A stretch of DNA of 64,000 nucleotides from Mustelus asterias (Eukaryota), in NCBI RefSeq assembly GCF_964213995.1, contig NC_135805.1, positions 100,378,001 to 100,442,000 on the forward strand, in the 5' to 3' direction. Of the stretch, positions 37,885-52,277 are shown in pieces (position 1 is the first letter of the stretch; every line of letters begins with the position of its first letter). Both the position numbers and the translations under genes were made by a program. The notes below the pieces were generated by a model, which was given only the letters and a program-made list of their open reading frames with translations, made no database searches and was not told where the DNA came from.

Positions 37885-38560
37885 ACCATGTCAGCTGGGC
37901 CTTGGTTGGTAGCACTCTCATCTCTGAGTCAGCATTAAATCGAGGCTGACATTAGAGAACAATAGTGAGAGAGTGCTGCAAACTTGGAAATGCTGTCTCG
38001 TGGATGAGATGTTAAACCAAGGCTCTGTCTGCAGCCACACTTGCACAGCCCCCCCCCCCCCCCCAAAAGTTGGATGTAAAATATCCCTTAGCACTATTTA
38101 AGTTTATTTATTACCATCACAAGTCGGTTTTCATTAACACTGCAGTGAAGTTATTGTGAAAATCCCCGAGTCGCCACACTCCAGCGCCTGTTCGGGTACA
38201 CTGAGGAAGAAGTTAGCATGACCAATGCACCTAACCAGCATGTCTTCTGGACTGTGGGCGGAAACCAGAGCTCCCGGAAGAAACCCACGCAGACGCTGGG
38301 AGAACGTGCAGACTCTGCCCAGACAGTGACCCAAGCCAGGAATCGAACCTGGGTCCCTGGCTTTTGAAGCAAAGCTGGTTGTCCTGACCAATATTCATCT
38401 CTCAGTCAACTTCACATAGAGATTCTCTAGTCATTATTACTGAGCTTGCTGTGTGCAAATTGGTATTTCCTACATATTATAACAGAGTGCACTTGAAAAG
38501 TGATTCAGTAGCATTTTGAAACATCCTGTGATCATGAAAGGTGCTGTATAAATGCAAACC
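37885..38560 (+). mobile_element. Deu-domain SINE with nested HE1-like SINE
   Basis: GGATGAGATGTTAAACCAAGG, GGATGTAAAA, GCTTGCTGTGTGCAAATTGG and 3' end GAAAGGTGCTGTATAAATGCAA. Confidence 0.7.
38099..38372 (-). mobile_element. HE1-like SINE, alternative-tail subfamily
   Basis: V-SINE body with a tail reading GTACCCGAACAGGCG..GGGATTTTCAC..TTGTGA..AATAAATAAAC on the minus strand. Confidence 0.85.
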
Positions 38561-40559
38561 TTATGTTGAGCATGTATATCCCTCATATTTTCTAGTGTGC
38601 AACATCTTTTTGAATACATTGAAAAAAGTCTTTGATATTTATAAATTTGATGACAATACTTGATGTTCAGCATTTCACTTGCAAATATGCCTCATTTAAA
38701 AGACTGTGGACCATTTTATAGCAAGGTCCTAGAATTTTGAATGATGCATTCCCTTCTTGTATAATTTGTTAAAATTACTTATTGGTCTGTTACTTCCTAC
38801 CAGTAGCTTTTACTCAAAGATTCTTGTGCATTTATGGTTTCCTTGTTATATTTTTTGTTAGTCAGCTGGGCCTACTTGAACCTGTCACCATGTTTCAATC
38901 AACTGTCGAGTTACTAAGAAAACCCACCTCCGTTATTTCCTTGTGATCAGTATGGAGTATACACTTAGCCAATTACAGAGCATTTCAGCATAGGCTGATT
39001 ACTGGCAGGTAACATTTGTGTCAAGTAAGTGCCAGGCACTGATCATCTTCAGTAAGAAAAGGTCCAATCACAGTGCCATATAGTGTTGACGCTCACGCAA
39101 GCTGTTTTAAGGTGCCTGATTTATCGTGAGGCAATTTTATTGTCAACATGACATTCTGTTATTGTCACTGACTGATGAAATTGACAGGAACGTTGTAACG
39201 ATGCACATTCTTGTTAACATGCTTTGCTATATAGTAGATTATAACTCTTGTAGGGAACAGTGTCATAATGTGTTAGTGTTAAACAATTTTTAAAACTCTA
39301 CTGTATTCTTTGAAAATTTTAATAAAAATTTGGTAGTGATAGTGAAATATTTTACCTTGCTATAAAATGGTCCTCAGCTTCTTAAATAAGGCACATTTGC
39401 ATAAAAAAAGCTGAACATTTTAATTACATTTGGTGTCAATAATTGAAGGTAGGAAGGAACATTAATAGCTTTGAAAGGAAAGTTTCTGAGCTAGAAGGGA
39501 AGTATTGACAAGGGGAAAAGCATTTGCGGTTTTGATAGTGTAAACCACTTGTGTTTCAATGTCCCTTTCAATGTAACTTTTGTACTGAATGTCCTCTTTT
39601 CTCGTGCACAGCATGATTTCTATAATGGTAAGAAAATTAGCATTTTGAACTTTTCTATATCCTCATCACATGTTATCCCTGCTCTGCCTAAAAGTATTGA
39701 TTTCTTGATGGCTACAAATTCGTTGACATTCTCTCGTATCTTCCCTAAGTGCTATAATTCTTGTGTTTGCCCTGTCAATGACTGTTAGCAGGCTGTTCAC
39801 CACAGGGGACATCATAAGCAGAAAATAATTCTGTCCACATGTAAGTACTTGCAGAAAGGGTCACTGGATAGCAATTGGGACAGGAACTCTAGCAATTGGC
39901 TGATACGAACACATCATTATGGACACAAAAATGGCTTTATCCCTAACTGCACACTGTTGAGGAACTGTTGAAGCATTACAAGGCTCACAACCATGATTAA
40001 AGGTGTAATTTTAAATTAACCTGCCTAACAGAGGGGTGTCAATATCCACCTCCATTTTGCATCTTGCACAATTTAGTGAATTTTCTTGCTTTCAAATGTT
40101 TTGTCAACCCCAATAATCCAATAAATTATTTGAAAAGAAACAATGTGTAAATAAGTTATACCTAATAATTTAAATTACTATGGATCTCCTGGTATAGAAA
40201 ACATCATGGAATGCTGTTCAGAGAGGGGGATCATGAAGGAAAAAGGGAGGGAGAAAAAAAATAGTGATTAGGGAAGAGGAAGAACAGCCAGAGGGAAATG
40301 GTTTAAGGGATTTTTGATGGTGTGGGAAAGTGGTGGTGGGACAAATAGAAGGAGATCCAGAGGATGAGAAGGACTGTAGCAAAAACAGAGTTATAGTTAA
40401 ACAACAGGAGCAGGAATCACCAGTAGAGGAGCAGGTTGCTTATAAGGGTAAAAAGCTAGACGAGATTGTGGATATATAGTGGATTTGACTGTGAGGCCAG
40501 TGGTCATATAATTAATCCGTTGAGAAAAGCGCTGTTGTCCTAAACAGATCAGTTTACCT

Positions 40560-41150
40560 CCTAAGAAGCAGGAGTGACACCCTTGGATCAATACTTGGTC
40601 AGGATAAAGAGCGGAAGCAGCATTGGTCTCAAATACCGTGTTCAGTTCTCAGCATCAAATTTCAGGAAAGCTACCAGTATATTGGCCTTGGAGAGGGATG
40701 ATGCAGATTCACAAGAACGATGCTAGGATTTAGAAGGCATGTTACTTAACTGTGGCTTGTATGCCTTAGCAATGATCCTTAATTTGTATTCTGTTGAATT
40801 TAGATGGTTGCTGGATGATGTAACTGGGGTGTTTAAAATAATGTTGAGATTTGATAGGATAGATTCAGAGAGAAAATAACCTTTAATGGGGTGGGTCTAG
40901 AACAAGTGGACATAATGGCTAGACTATTGTTGAGTAAAATTGGGAAGCATTTTTCCATGTAAAGGGTAGTGGAAATCTGGAACTCCCCATAAGCTGTGGA
41001 TATTGGTTTAATTGAAATTTCAAGGATTGACATTCATGTATTTTCTTTTGGCTAAGGGTTTTAATGGATATTTGAGCAAAGGCAGTTGAGGTGCAATTAG
41101 GACATCTGCTAACTGAAATTAGAACTAGCTCAAAAGGATGAGTAGTATAC
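40560..41150 (+). mobile_element. Old degraded CR1 3' fragment
   Basis: Remnants ATATTGGCCTTGGAG and AGGGTAGTGGAAATCTGGAACTC align by eye with the 3' part of 30652-33580. Confidence 0.65.
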
Positions 41151-43685
41151 ACTTATTTTTATTCATTAAATCGATCAACCTGTTTAAGTATATGATCTAG
41201 CAGTGGTCATTGATATACCTCCTGAATGCTGATGGATTTGGTCACCTTTCTTGATCGCCATCAACTTACTTCTCATGGACTATAAAGTTCAACTTTTTTC
41301 CATATGTCTTGGCCTCAAACCACCTGAATTGTCATTTTAGGTGTATTGAAGAGGTGTAGAATTTTGAAACACTGATCTAAACTTAGCTTTCTTCGCCACG
41401 CACATTCCGTTACCAAGTCAGCTTGCCTTCATTTTGCACTATTGCCTACCTTCAGTTGTGAGTGTTTTCCACTGCTGCTAAAACCTGAAACATTTAAGTA
41501 ATCCAGAAGTGGATCAATTTCTCAAATGCTCTCATACCTGACCTCTAGCTTTTACAAATTAGCAGTTCATTAGGGTTGGATTTTTAAAAAAGGTTGGGGT
41601 CTGGTTTGGAGAGCTCACAATTTGGTGTCCGCGGCCGCTATCCTGTTTTCCTCATCACGAGGGCAATTACAATTGATTAATTCAGGTCCTGTACCCATGT
41701 CAACTCAGATTTCCAGTTGGCAACATGGGCAGCCCATATTGACCTGAACTGTTCAGGCCAACATGCTAGATGAGGGTGATGCCACAATTTTTTACTAGAG
41801 GAAAACCACCTTCCCTGGACCCATAAACAGCCTCTAATCCACTGGCTGTCCCCTGGAGGGATTGTCCCTCCAGAATCATGGCTAGACAGCTGTATTGTTT
41901 GAAAAAGGAAAATAACAGTACTAGCAACTGTCTCTTATTGTCTGCAATCTCACATGGACAACTTCCATCTTGGCTGGTGGGGCTGCCGAACGCTGGAGGG
42001 CCTCTCTTTGACCCTCCAGTGCCAGAAGCCGATCTGCCGTCCTGATTGAATGGCTAGCGTGCTTTCTGGCATTAATTGATAGGAGCTTTGGAATTGTGGT
42101 GAGTGTATCTAAAGTATGCTCTGCAGGGTTGGGACTTTGAACTAGCCTCCATGTCATGTTCCTGACACCTGTTTAAAAATCCGGCCCGAATGTCTTCTCC
42201 TGTTTTTGCCTCCTCAGTGATCACCTTACTTAAGTTGTTACTCTTGACATGCGCATTATAGAAATGTAAGTTATTAGAAATTAATTAATCTGGAAACAGT
42301 TTTCTGTTGGCATTTCTTTTGCTAAGGAAGGATTTACTGAGGACTTTTTGGAGTTGAAATAGTCCTCTGACATAAAGCCACTGAACATGATCTCTTCGAT
42401 TTTATTAATGTATAAAGAGGGATCAGTTTTACGGCTATCATTTATCAACATAAATAACATGATGCAGCAAAACTGGACCTAAGCAAAACTTCCTGGGTTT
42501 GCAAAGGTCAGTGGCAGAAGATGCAGTTTTTGACTTTGCTTTCCTGCCTCGTAACCCATGCTGTGGAAATAATTCAGTCAGTTATGAACTGAAAGGTATA
42601 CTTGTCATGAAACTTAACTGCCTGAAAACCTTCTACTGGATTAAAATTAATGTAATGTTCAGAACACTTAACTAAGTCAGTGCTTTCTTTAAATATTGGG
42701 GATAAAGGTTCTCACAAATGTAGTTAACTTTTCAAAACACTTTCATTGGCCTATTTTGTACTGTTAGATGAGCCATGAATCCTGCTTCAATCACCCAGAT
42801 GTTAGGCACCACAAGATTTGAGGTGGACAGATGCAGATGGCAGCCAGGCTTTATGGCTATTAATTTCTCCTGTCTGCTGGTTAAAATATTGTGCAATGTA
42901 AGCCAGTTTGTTTGATCACCAGCAGGACAAAACTACAAAAGTAGAGAGCTACTTGTAGTATAAAGAATTAATGACTATTATGCTAATTGTTTGAATGCAT
43001 CATCAGTGATCTCAGATCACATGAAACTGGAACTTGAGGGAAGAAAGTTTGAATGGAATCCTGCTGAAGTCCATCCCAATAAACAGTGTAAATAGTCAAT
43101 AAATGTTCGCTAGTTTGCAACAGCATAGTTTTCAGATCTCTTCTAGTAAAGGCACCCAGAGCCAGGGCTGTGATATTAATACATGGTGGCAGCAGTCTGT
43201 GAATCGTTTTATAAGGATCCCTGTCAACGGCAAGAAAGGTGGAAAAGCAGTCAGCTCAGCAGAGCACACTCAAGTAATGCTCATGGCTGCAAACTGAGCA
43301 ACAACCCGTTACTGGAATCCAACTGCAGTCAAAAATAGGTGCACACAGATGTGAAAAATGTCTGACCCCATCCCATACCCCTGCATCACACGGAGGGCCT
43401 TGACTCGGCTGTGTAATTGATCAAATGGTGCCACTGCTTCCATTGCTACTGTACTACCTCTGAATTCATGGAGAAACCAGATCAGAATCAGATCAGTCTA
43501 TTATTAGCAATCCACAGCAGACCTGAAGACATTTTAATGTGGCAGCATGTTGATGGGGAAAAATTTAAACATCGGCAACGAGTATTGATTACTTTCAAAA
43601 TGATTGTTATCGATTGCCAGTTCAGAGGGAATTTGACAGGGCACCCAGCATGCCCGCTAACGAGCAGAGCAGGAAGAGATGAGCC

Positions 43686-44778
43686 ACATCTTTAAGTTTG
43701 CTGAAGACACCACCGTAGTGGGTCGGATCTCAAACAATGAAGAGACAGACTACAGGAATGCGATAGAGAATCTGGTGAACTGGTGTGACAACAATAATCT
43801 CCCTGTGGTGGACTTCAGTTGTGCTTTTGTCCTGCCTGGACCACCGTTGTGTATTTGTCATGCCTGGACACATCCCCTGCCGGCTCGGCTCCTCCCCTTG
43901 TCACCTAGTATAAAGGTGGCTGTCTCCTCCCCCTTGTTCAGTTCGGGTCGGTTATCTGTTGGGATGTGCTCCTGGTTCTGTAATGAATAAAAGCCTACAG
44001 TTGTATTGGCACACAAGTAGTCTTTTGCCTAATTAATAGCGCATCACTCCCTCAATGTCAATAAAACAAAGGAGATTGTCATTGACTTCAGGAAGCATAG
44101 TGGAGAACATGCCTCTGTCTACATTAGTGGGGATGAAGTAGAAATGGTAGAGAACTTCAAGTTCTTAGGTGTCCAGATCACCAACCACCTGTCCTAGTTC
44201 TTCATGCTGACACTATAGGTAAAAAAGCCCACCAACACCTCCACTTTCTGAGAAGACTAAGGAAGTTTGGCATGTCAGCTACGACTCTCACCAACCTTTA
44301 CAGATGCACCATAGAAAGCATTCTTTCTGATTGTATCACAGCTTGGTATGGCTCATGCTCTGTCCAAGACTGCAAGAAACTACAAAAGGTCATGAATGTA
44401 GCCCAATGCATCACGCAAACCAGCCTCCCGTCTATTGACTCTGCCTACACTTCCTGTTGCATCGGGAAAAGTAGCCAGCATAATTAAGGACTGCACGCAA
44501 CTCGGACATACTCTCTTCCACCTTCTTCTGTCAGGAAAAAGATACAAAAGTCTGAGGTCACGTACCAACCGACTCAAGAACAGCTTCTTCCCTGCTGCCA
44601 TCAGACTTTTGAATGGACCTACCTTGCATTAAGTTGATCTTTCTCTCCACTAGCTATGATTGTAACACTAAATTCTGCACTCTCTCCTTCTCTATAAATG
44701 GTATACTTTGTGTAGCATTCAAGAAACAATACTTTTCACTGTATACTAATCCATGTGACAAATCAAATCAAACAAACA
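43686..44778 (+). mobile_element. Rex1/Babar-clade LINE 3' fragment
   Basis: FKFAEDTTVVGRI, WCDNNNLSLNVNKTKEIVIDFRK (rejoined across the LTR insertion), YRCTIESIL and RLKNSFFPAAIRLLN. CAAAT-type tail. Confidence 0.88.
43804..44046 (+). mobile_element. Solo LTR (243 bp, Gypsy-like)
   Basis: TG...CA ends, exact 5-bp TSD CTCCC at 43799-43803 and 44047-44051, TATAAA near 43909 and AATAAA near 43987. Confidence 0.88.
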
Positions 44779-46919
44779 GTCATTGCCATTGTTAGTGTCT
44801 GTTGTGGTGGGATGTGATCATCACCACCACATTTGTGTAGCCATGAACACAGAGTCCCACTTTGCTACATATTTTCATATATTCAGGTCAGAAATTTGAA
44901 CATGCTACCCCGACAACAACTTCTAAAGTACTATAAAACCCTTGAGTATCGACTTTTTTTTAGCTGAGGTCACAAAATCCAAAGGACACTTTTAAACCAC
45001 CACCACCCAAATAATGGTTAAAGGCCTCACAATAGCTTTTAAATTGAATACAGGAGGGAGATTGTCCATGCTTTCTGATAACAGAATCTGGCTGAAACCT
45101 GAGTTCCTCTAGCCACCCACCACTTGTCGCCATGATCCAGTGGGCATTCCACTGATGGGACAAGGCAAGATGACTACCATTCTTCATTATAAAGGAAGAG
45201 AAATTACTGAAATCCTTTAAGCCATCCACAATCAGGAGTTCTCCCGACTGAACCATAGAATCATATATGTCACCACTGGCAAATGGTGAGGCCGAATGGG
45301 GGGTTTGTATGGTCATGGCACTGTTGCAGAAAAAAGAATCAACTTCACCTTACTTACTGGTCAACACTTTTGCATAACAGTCTGATTCCTTTGGAACTCC
45401 TAATTGGTAGGAGGTTACTTATCCATCTCCCTCATACTTCGACCAGGTATCACTGAGACCAACCTGGATGAGGTTTGGCAGGAGGAGGATCACTATTGTA
45501 CAAAACAAGCTGTCACCTACAACTGCTGCCATAAGGTGCAGGAACTGCCAGCTTTCTAACCTGGGATGTCTGTCTGGATCCTACCACAGAACCAACTTGG
45601 CGGAGTTTTGAGTCCGTTGGTTCATCCTTATTCTTAATCAATGTTGACCGCAGTATCCTCAGACGCAATAGATCAGCAGCATTGGTTTTCCACAAGCGAA
45701 CAATCATTGGCTTGGATTGACTGCCCAGATGAAAGGGGAAATGTCCTGACGACCTCTGTAGACAATTCACATCTTTCCTATCCTTCCTCCGCAAGAACTG
45801 AGGACCCATTCAGACAAATTCATTAAGACACCAGAGTGTCTTTCCCTCCGATATATTTTCTTCTGGTTCAGAGGGGACAAGGACTTTGGATGGGGATGGG
45901 CAGAGTAGGAAAAAAGGGTTGAGGGAGGTCTAGTATAAGGAGCTAATGACTATTATGTGCATCATAAGAGTACATAATCAGAAATGTCAGATCACACACA
46001 ACAAGAACCTGAGGGAAGAAGGTTCTGGCTGAGTCCTGCTAAGGTCTGTCTCTCTAGTCAATAAATATTCGTTAGTTTGCAACAGCATGGTTTCCAGCTC
46101 TCTTCTGTCGAAGGCACCCAGAGCCAGGTCTGTGATATTAAGGCATTTCTGAAAATTAAATACAAAAGAACTAGGAAAAAACATTGTGAAAATATGACAT
46201 TGACATTGAAACATTTTCAATGTATTTGAAGATAAATGCTGCAAAGTTCTGTAGTGTCATTTAGATGATCCAAATAACCGACATTAGAGTTATTCTGCAA
46301 AACTGGTAGTGTTAGAACTACAAGAGGCTTCAATGAATGAAATTTCCCTCCTAATTTATCTAAGTACTTGTGTCAATTCACATATTTGGATCCTTTGTGA
46401 AAAATATAGTAAAACATTTTGTTAAGCATTGCATCCTAATAGAATTTAACGAGAATATTGTCCAAGCCACAAATAAGTTGCTTTATGACACTTTTAAAAA
46501 AAAACTTATTGGGTCGCATACTAATTATAAAGTGAAGGCTGTATTTGTCAGGACTTGGCATGATAGACCTGGAAGGGTCTCCAAAACATTTGAAAGATGG
46601 TAAAAGTTCTGGTAAACTCTGATGTTTTTCTGGTTACATTATGTTTCTGGAACAATGGTATCAGTTCCTAGAACAGACCAATATTGTTATGGTGCTGGGA
46701 TGGCTAACTAGCAGTGAAAAGTTAATGTTATCTAGCTTCATTGTCGAGCACAATGCCAAACATGCATGCTTGGGGATTGGAAAAGCTGTTTGAGAAGTGT
46801 GGTCTCAGGAGAGAAAAGGGGACAGGCAAAGGACTGCATGAAAGCTCATCAACTAAATTACTTCAAAAATAATTTATAATAACCCCTAATGAAACTTCTT
46901 CAGCTGATAAATATAATAA

Positions 46920-47196
46920 AGTTAAAGTTTATTTGAGTGCCACAAGTAGGCTTACTGCAATGAAATTACTGAAAATCCCCTAGTCACCACACTCCGGCGC
47001 CTGTTCGGGTACACTGATGGAGAATTTAGCATGGCCAATGCACCTAACCAGCACGTCTTTCAGACTGTGGGAGGAAACCGGAGCACCCGGAGGAAACCCA
47101 TGCAGACACATGGAGAACGTGCAGACTCCGTACAGACAGTGACCCAAGCTGGGAATCTGTGAGGCAGCAGTGCTAACCACTGTGCACCGTGCCGCC
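46920..47196 (-). mobile_element. HE1-like SINE, alternative-tail subfamily
   Basis: Same structure as 38099-38372 with a complete tRNA head start (GGGCGGCACGGTG). Confidence 0.88.
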
Positions 47197-49554
47197 CTTA
47201 ATTGTTTAAATAATTTAAATTTTTAATGGGTAACAAAGTTCTCAAAACTGAGGAAATGAACATTCACTGCAGGTGGTGGAATGGGGGAAGGCCATTACAG
47301 GTGAAGGAAATGACTGACTAGGTGAGCAATGCTAAAAGGAGGCTGTACCTTCAATATTCCATGTTCAGCGAGTTTGCAGGGGCTAAAGTAGAGATGCTAC
47401 CAATCCACTCATGTCAGTCTCTAAATGCAGTAAGATCTTCTGGAGGAATCACAAAGCCATCTGGGGTGAAGGATTCTACAGAGAAGTGTTCTATCGAGGA
47501 CTGAATTTAACTGTTCCAATCTGTGACTGAACACTTCCTTTTGTTATTGGCAGTGGATATTAATGTTTACTGTAATTCAGTTGCACTCCATATTTTATCC
47601 TGTATTTTGCTCTTGGGAATATAGCTAAAGATTGGAAAAAAATATTAACTTTAGTCGTATATAACATTAATTATGTTTGGAAATATTGGTCTAATACTTG
47701 GCATTTGATGACAATATTATGCTGTGTTCTATGCACAGTATATCTTAATTTATAAATAGTAAGTTAAATAGAAAGAAATGTTACATTGCATGCAGTGTAC
47801 ATATTTGAAAAATCGTGAAAGGAATTGTGCACATCTTTAGCTTGCAAGTTCTATTTGAGAACATGTCCGTGTTTCAAGGCTGTCCTGAATATAGCACTGC
47901 AGGTTTTGGATGGGTTAAATGATTATCTGGGAAGATGCCGAGCATAGGATGGATTTTTGTAAGACCAATGTTATTGCTGCTAAACTGATATTTCTCATTC
48001 AGTGGAATGCGGATAAACTGATTTGGAAAATTGAATTGTTTCATTGCTCAGATGCACTTTATGGTGAATTTATATTTTCTGTGGAATTATCTTCAGGGTA
48101 ACATCTTAAACTCAAGAATAGCATGGTAGATTGCAATAAGGAAGAATGAAATGTAATAGAGTGAAAGTTAAATGGTGTGTTTTGTTATTACAGCAACACA
48201 TTGTACTGTGTCACTGCAGGTGAAATTACTCCTGTACATGTATTCTATACACCAGACTAGAATTATCCTGCTATGAATTATAGTTTGCTGTTATGTTGAT
48301 ATTACCGTGTTTGATTTTTCTTATCACATAAGCGATATATCTTTACAAGTTATGTTGAATACATTTTCCCTATATTCCTGGCATGGAAATCCACCTTTTA
48401 AGTTCTAGCAGCTCAGCACCAAGCATTTGAGAGGCTGAACAAGTGACCTTTTCCCAAGACGCTGCCAGTTGCTGCTCTGCAGCTGATCTTAGGGAGGTGT
48501 GAAAGATTAGCCCAGCTTGTTTTCCAGTTTTTAACAGTTGCCATTGACCATGTGGTAACTCATTATTTGGAGAGAATATAAAGAAAGGTAGAAGAGAACA
48601 GGCTATTTGACTTATTGATACATGAGTATTTCTTCTTGGTATCGAGTTGTATTTTGAATAACCTCAATGTTTTTGCCTTTATTGCTTTCGTATGTTCTGG
48701 GGGAGAAACTTTCATGTCAATCTGTTCCAAATTTATTTTTTGTTCACTTTCATGTCTTCTTGGCTTTTGTTAAATCAAAATTTAAATTCAGGGTTTTCAC
48801 TGCTACTGTAACCTCAATGCTACTGTGACTAAGATGATCTAACTCATCAAAACTAAGGATCAAAATTGAAATCTTGCTTTCTACACTTCAGTGTACTCCA
48901 ACATATAGTACTATTTTGTGATTTTTTTCCCCCCCCCTCCTGGACCACCAGGAGATTCCTATATTTACATTTTCAAAGTACTTTTGGAGTAAATATTTAA
49001 CACAAGAAATACTGTACATGAAATTTGAAATTGAAGCTACTTTAAATTGAGTCACAAGAAATGGATTACAATGAACATTCTGTCAGGCTATAGAAGAGTA
49101 GAGCTTTGAAAAAATATTTGTAAATTAATGTACAGTGGTAGCAATCTTTGGGACAGGGCCTCTCATTTATTGTGTTTTGTGACTAATATTGCTATTATTA
49201 GCTATGCAGGCAGGCAGAGTAACATCAAAAGACAGTTTAGTTATTGGTCAACATGTTTGGAGCTGGTAACCTAGCACCGATAATGGATTGACGAACTGAA
49301 AATAAATAAATCGAAAATAATTCGGCTTGACCTTGATCTCCACTATTACCAGATGCTTCATATACTTATCACAGCAAAGGTTGCAGCTAGTTTTATAACT
49401 TTAGCCTGCAGGTATCCGAGTCAGTGAAATAATATTTCTTCTCCCAGGGCCTAGCATGCTGCAAGTATGTCTTGAGGATCTTGTATTTTATATTTCATTT
49501 TTTGTATATCCCTGTATTGGTTGATTTGCCAGCACCTGGCTTGTTACTACCAGC

Positions 49555-51017
49555 ATAGAACATAAAACAAATACAGCACAAACAGGCCCTTCGGCCCACA
49601 AGTTGCGCCGGTCATGTCCCTACCTACCTAGGCTTATATATAGGCTGACCTATAACCCTCAATCCTATTAAGTTCCATGTACTCATCCAGAAGTCTCTTA
49701 AAAAACCCTATCGAGTTTGCCGCCTCCACCACCACTGACGGCAACCGATTCCACTCACCCACCACCCTCTGAGTGAAAAACATACCCCTGACATCTCCTC
49801 TGTACCTACTCCCCAGCACCTTAAACCTGTGTCCTCTCGTAGCAGCCATTTCACCCCTCGGAAAAAGCCTCCGAGAATCCACCCGACCTATACCTCTCAA
49901 CATCTTGTACACCTCTATCAGGTCACCTCTCATCCTTCGTCTCTCCAAGGAGAAAACACCGAGCTCCCTCAACCTATCCTCATAAGGCATGCCAACCAAT
50001 CCAGGCAACATCCTTCTAAATCCTCTCTGCACCCTTTCAATCATTTCCACATCCCTCCTGTAATGAGGTGACCAGAACTGAGCACAGTACTCCAAGTGGA
50101 GTCTGACGAGGGTCTTATAAAGCTGCATCATTATCTCCCGACTCCTAAACTCAATCCCTCGATTGATGAAGGCCAGCACACCATACGCCTTCTTAACCAC
50201 CTCCTCTATCTGCGAGGCCGATTTAAGAATCCTATGGACCCGGACCCCAAGGTCCTTCTGATCCTCTACATTGCTAAGAGTCTTACCCTTGATATTATAC
50301 TCCTTCATCCCATTTGACCTGCCAAAATGGACCACTACACATTTATCCGGGTTGAAGTCCATCTGCCACTTCTCCGCCCAGTCTTGCATCCTATCTATGT
50401 CACGCTGCAGCTTCTGACATCCCTCCAAACTATCCATAACACCACCAACCTTCGTGTTGTCGGCAAACTTACCAACCCATCCCTCCACTTCCTCATCCAG
50501 GTCATTTATGAAAATGACAAACAGCAAGTGTCCCAGAACAGATCCCTGGGGCGCTTCACTGGTGACCGACCTCCATTCAGAAAAGGACCCATCTACAGCC
50601 ACTCTCTGCCTTCTGCAGGCAAGCCAGTTCTGGATCCACAAGGCAACAGCCCCTTGGATCCCATGCCCTCTCATTTTCCCCAAGAAGTCTTGCATGGGGG
50701 ACCTTATCGAATGCCTTGCTGAAGTCCATGTAAACCGCATCTACCGCTTTTCCTTCGTCAATGTGTTTAGTCACTTTTCAAAGAACTCCACCAGGCTCGT
50801 AAGGCACGATTTGCCTTTGACAAAGCCGTGCTGACTACTTTTGAGCATACTAAACTTCTCTAAATGTTCATAAATCCTGTCCCTCAGGATCTTCTCCATC
50901 AACTTACCAACCACTGAGGTTAGACTCACCGGTCGGTAATTTCCTGGGCTATCCCTATTCCCTTTCTTGAATATGGGAACCACATCCGCAATCCTCCAAA
51001 ACCACATCCGCAATCCT
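49555..51017 (-). mobile_element. CR1 LINE, 5'-truncated
   Basis: ORFs 50771-51013 (NYRPVSLTS, QHGF) and 49634-50740 (PQGSVLG, FADN), followed by a CR1 3' UTR. Confidence 0.93.
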
Positions 51018-52277
51018 ACAACAGCAGTACTGTTGTTTGGTTAGTTGACTATGTTATGGAAGTTAAGATATAATTCCCTGATTATGTGACAAAATTTCCA
51101 GGGGCTGTCCTCACAGAGAAATTTGCAAATCAGTACATCCAGGATTAATGCAGTCTGATCTTGTGTTTCCCTATTTGTTTGTAAGATTACTTTCCTGACG
51201 GATAGCCCACATTCATTATAGCTGATTCTTACCTTTTTTTGGCAGACCGATCTACGTTGAATGGAAGTCCTGACAGTACATAGGGTTGTTTTGAATATGG
51301 CCCTTCATTGTTTTTGACCCAATACATAAACCAACACACATTATGAGTTGATGTACCACAAACCCAAGGTTTGACTGCTGCGGTCTCCATTCATTCTTAA
51401 TTTTGAGTTGATATTAATCATTTCATCCCCCTTCCCTTCACACACCCCCCCCCCCTTTTTTTTATTCAGAGGGAAGGAGAGGGAGCTAACAGGAAATCAC
51501 AGTGCATGACATGTTGATGGAATATTTAAAACTCTTGTACTCATTGTTATAGCAACCTCTGGGGAAACCTGACTGCCTTAAATATGTTAAGCGATATGCC
51601 ATCTGTTAAAGCTATATTTTATCAATTGTTGAACCTTTATCTGCAGATTAGGGATACTGTCCTTTTATAAGTCTGTTATGGTTTCAAGTCCTTGAGTACA
51701 GACTGTTCTCTTTAGCTATCAAAACATTCACCACTTGGTTATAGTTGTCCACACTTGGCAATTCCACCATTTTGTGTTTAATCTTTCAAAGTCCAAGCTT
51801 CAGTGCTTTACATTCTGGTGGAAATTACATTTTTAACTCCATTTGCCACGAAATGCTTCCTCTTTGCATGCAAACTTTCAGGAATGCAGCCTGATCAGAT
51901 TCTTCCAAAAAATTTTATTGCACTAAGCTGCCACCAAGTTTTCTATGTTGGAATGAATGATATAGGCACTCCAAGGTCCTACAGAGAAAACTTTGGCAGA
52001 TGGCTAGATAAAAGTTGCAAGTATGTGCAATTGGGGGGTGCTTCTTGATGCTTAGTCAATGATTTTTGTAAAATTGTATAATCGTGTAGTTAGAAGTTTA
52101 GTACATAAGGAATTTGCTAGGTTGAAAAGTGTGCTGATTCTTTGACAAGATATATTTAACAGAGTATACCAGAGTATATAGGGACTAAAGAATAGTACTC
52201 AAGTTCTTTATATAAACCAAATGCTGGTAGTACACATCAACAATTGAAAAGAGAAAAACAAAGTAATGTCTTGCGTA

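Larger units (their letters stand above)
42954..46145 (+). mobile_element. Decayed Ty3/Gypsy LTR retrotransposon
   Basis: Direct-repeat LTRs at 42954-43183 and 45929-46145. PBS-like TGGTGGCAGC follows the 5' LTR and a purine tract precedes the 3' LTR. Integrase remnants SPLANGEAEWGV, LELLIGRRL and ILRRNR at ~45260-45675. Confidence 0.8.
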
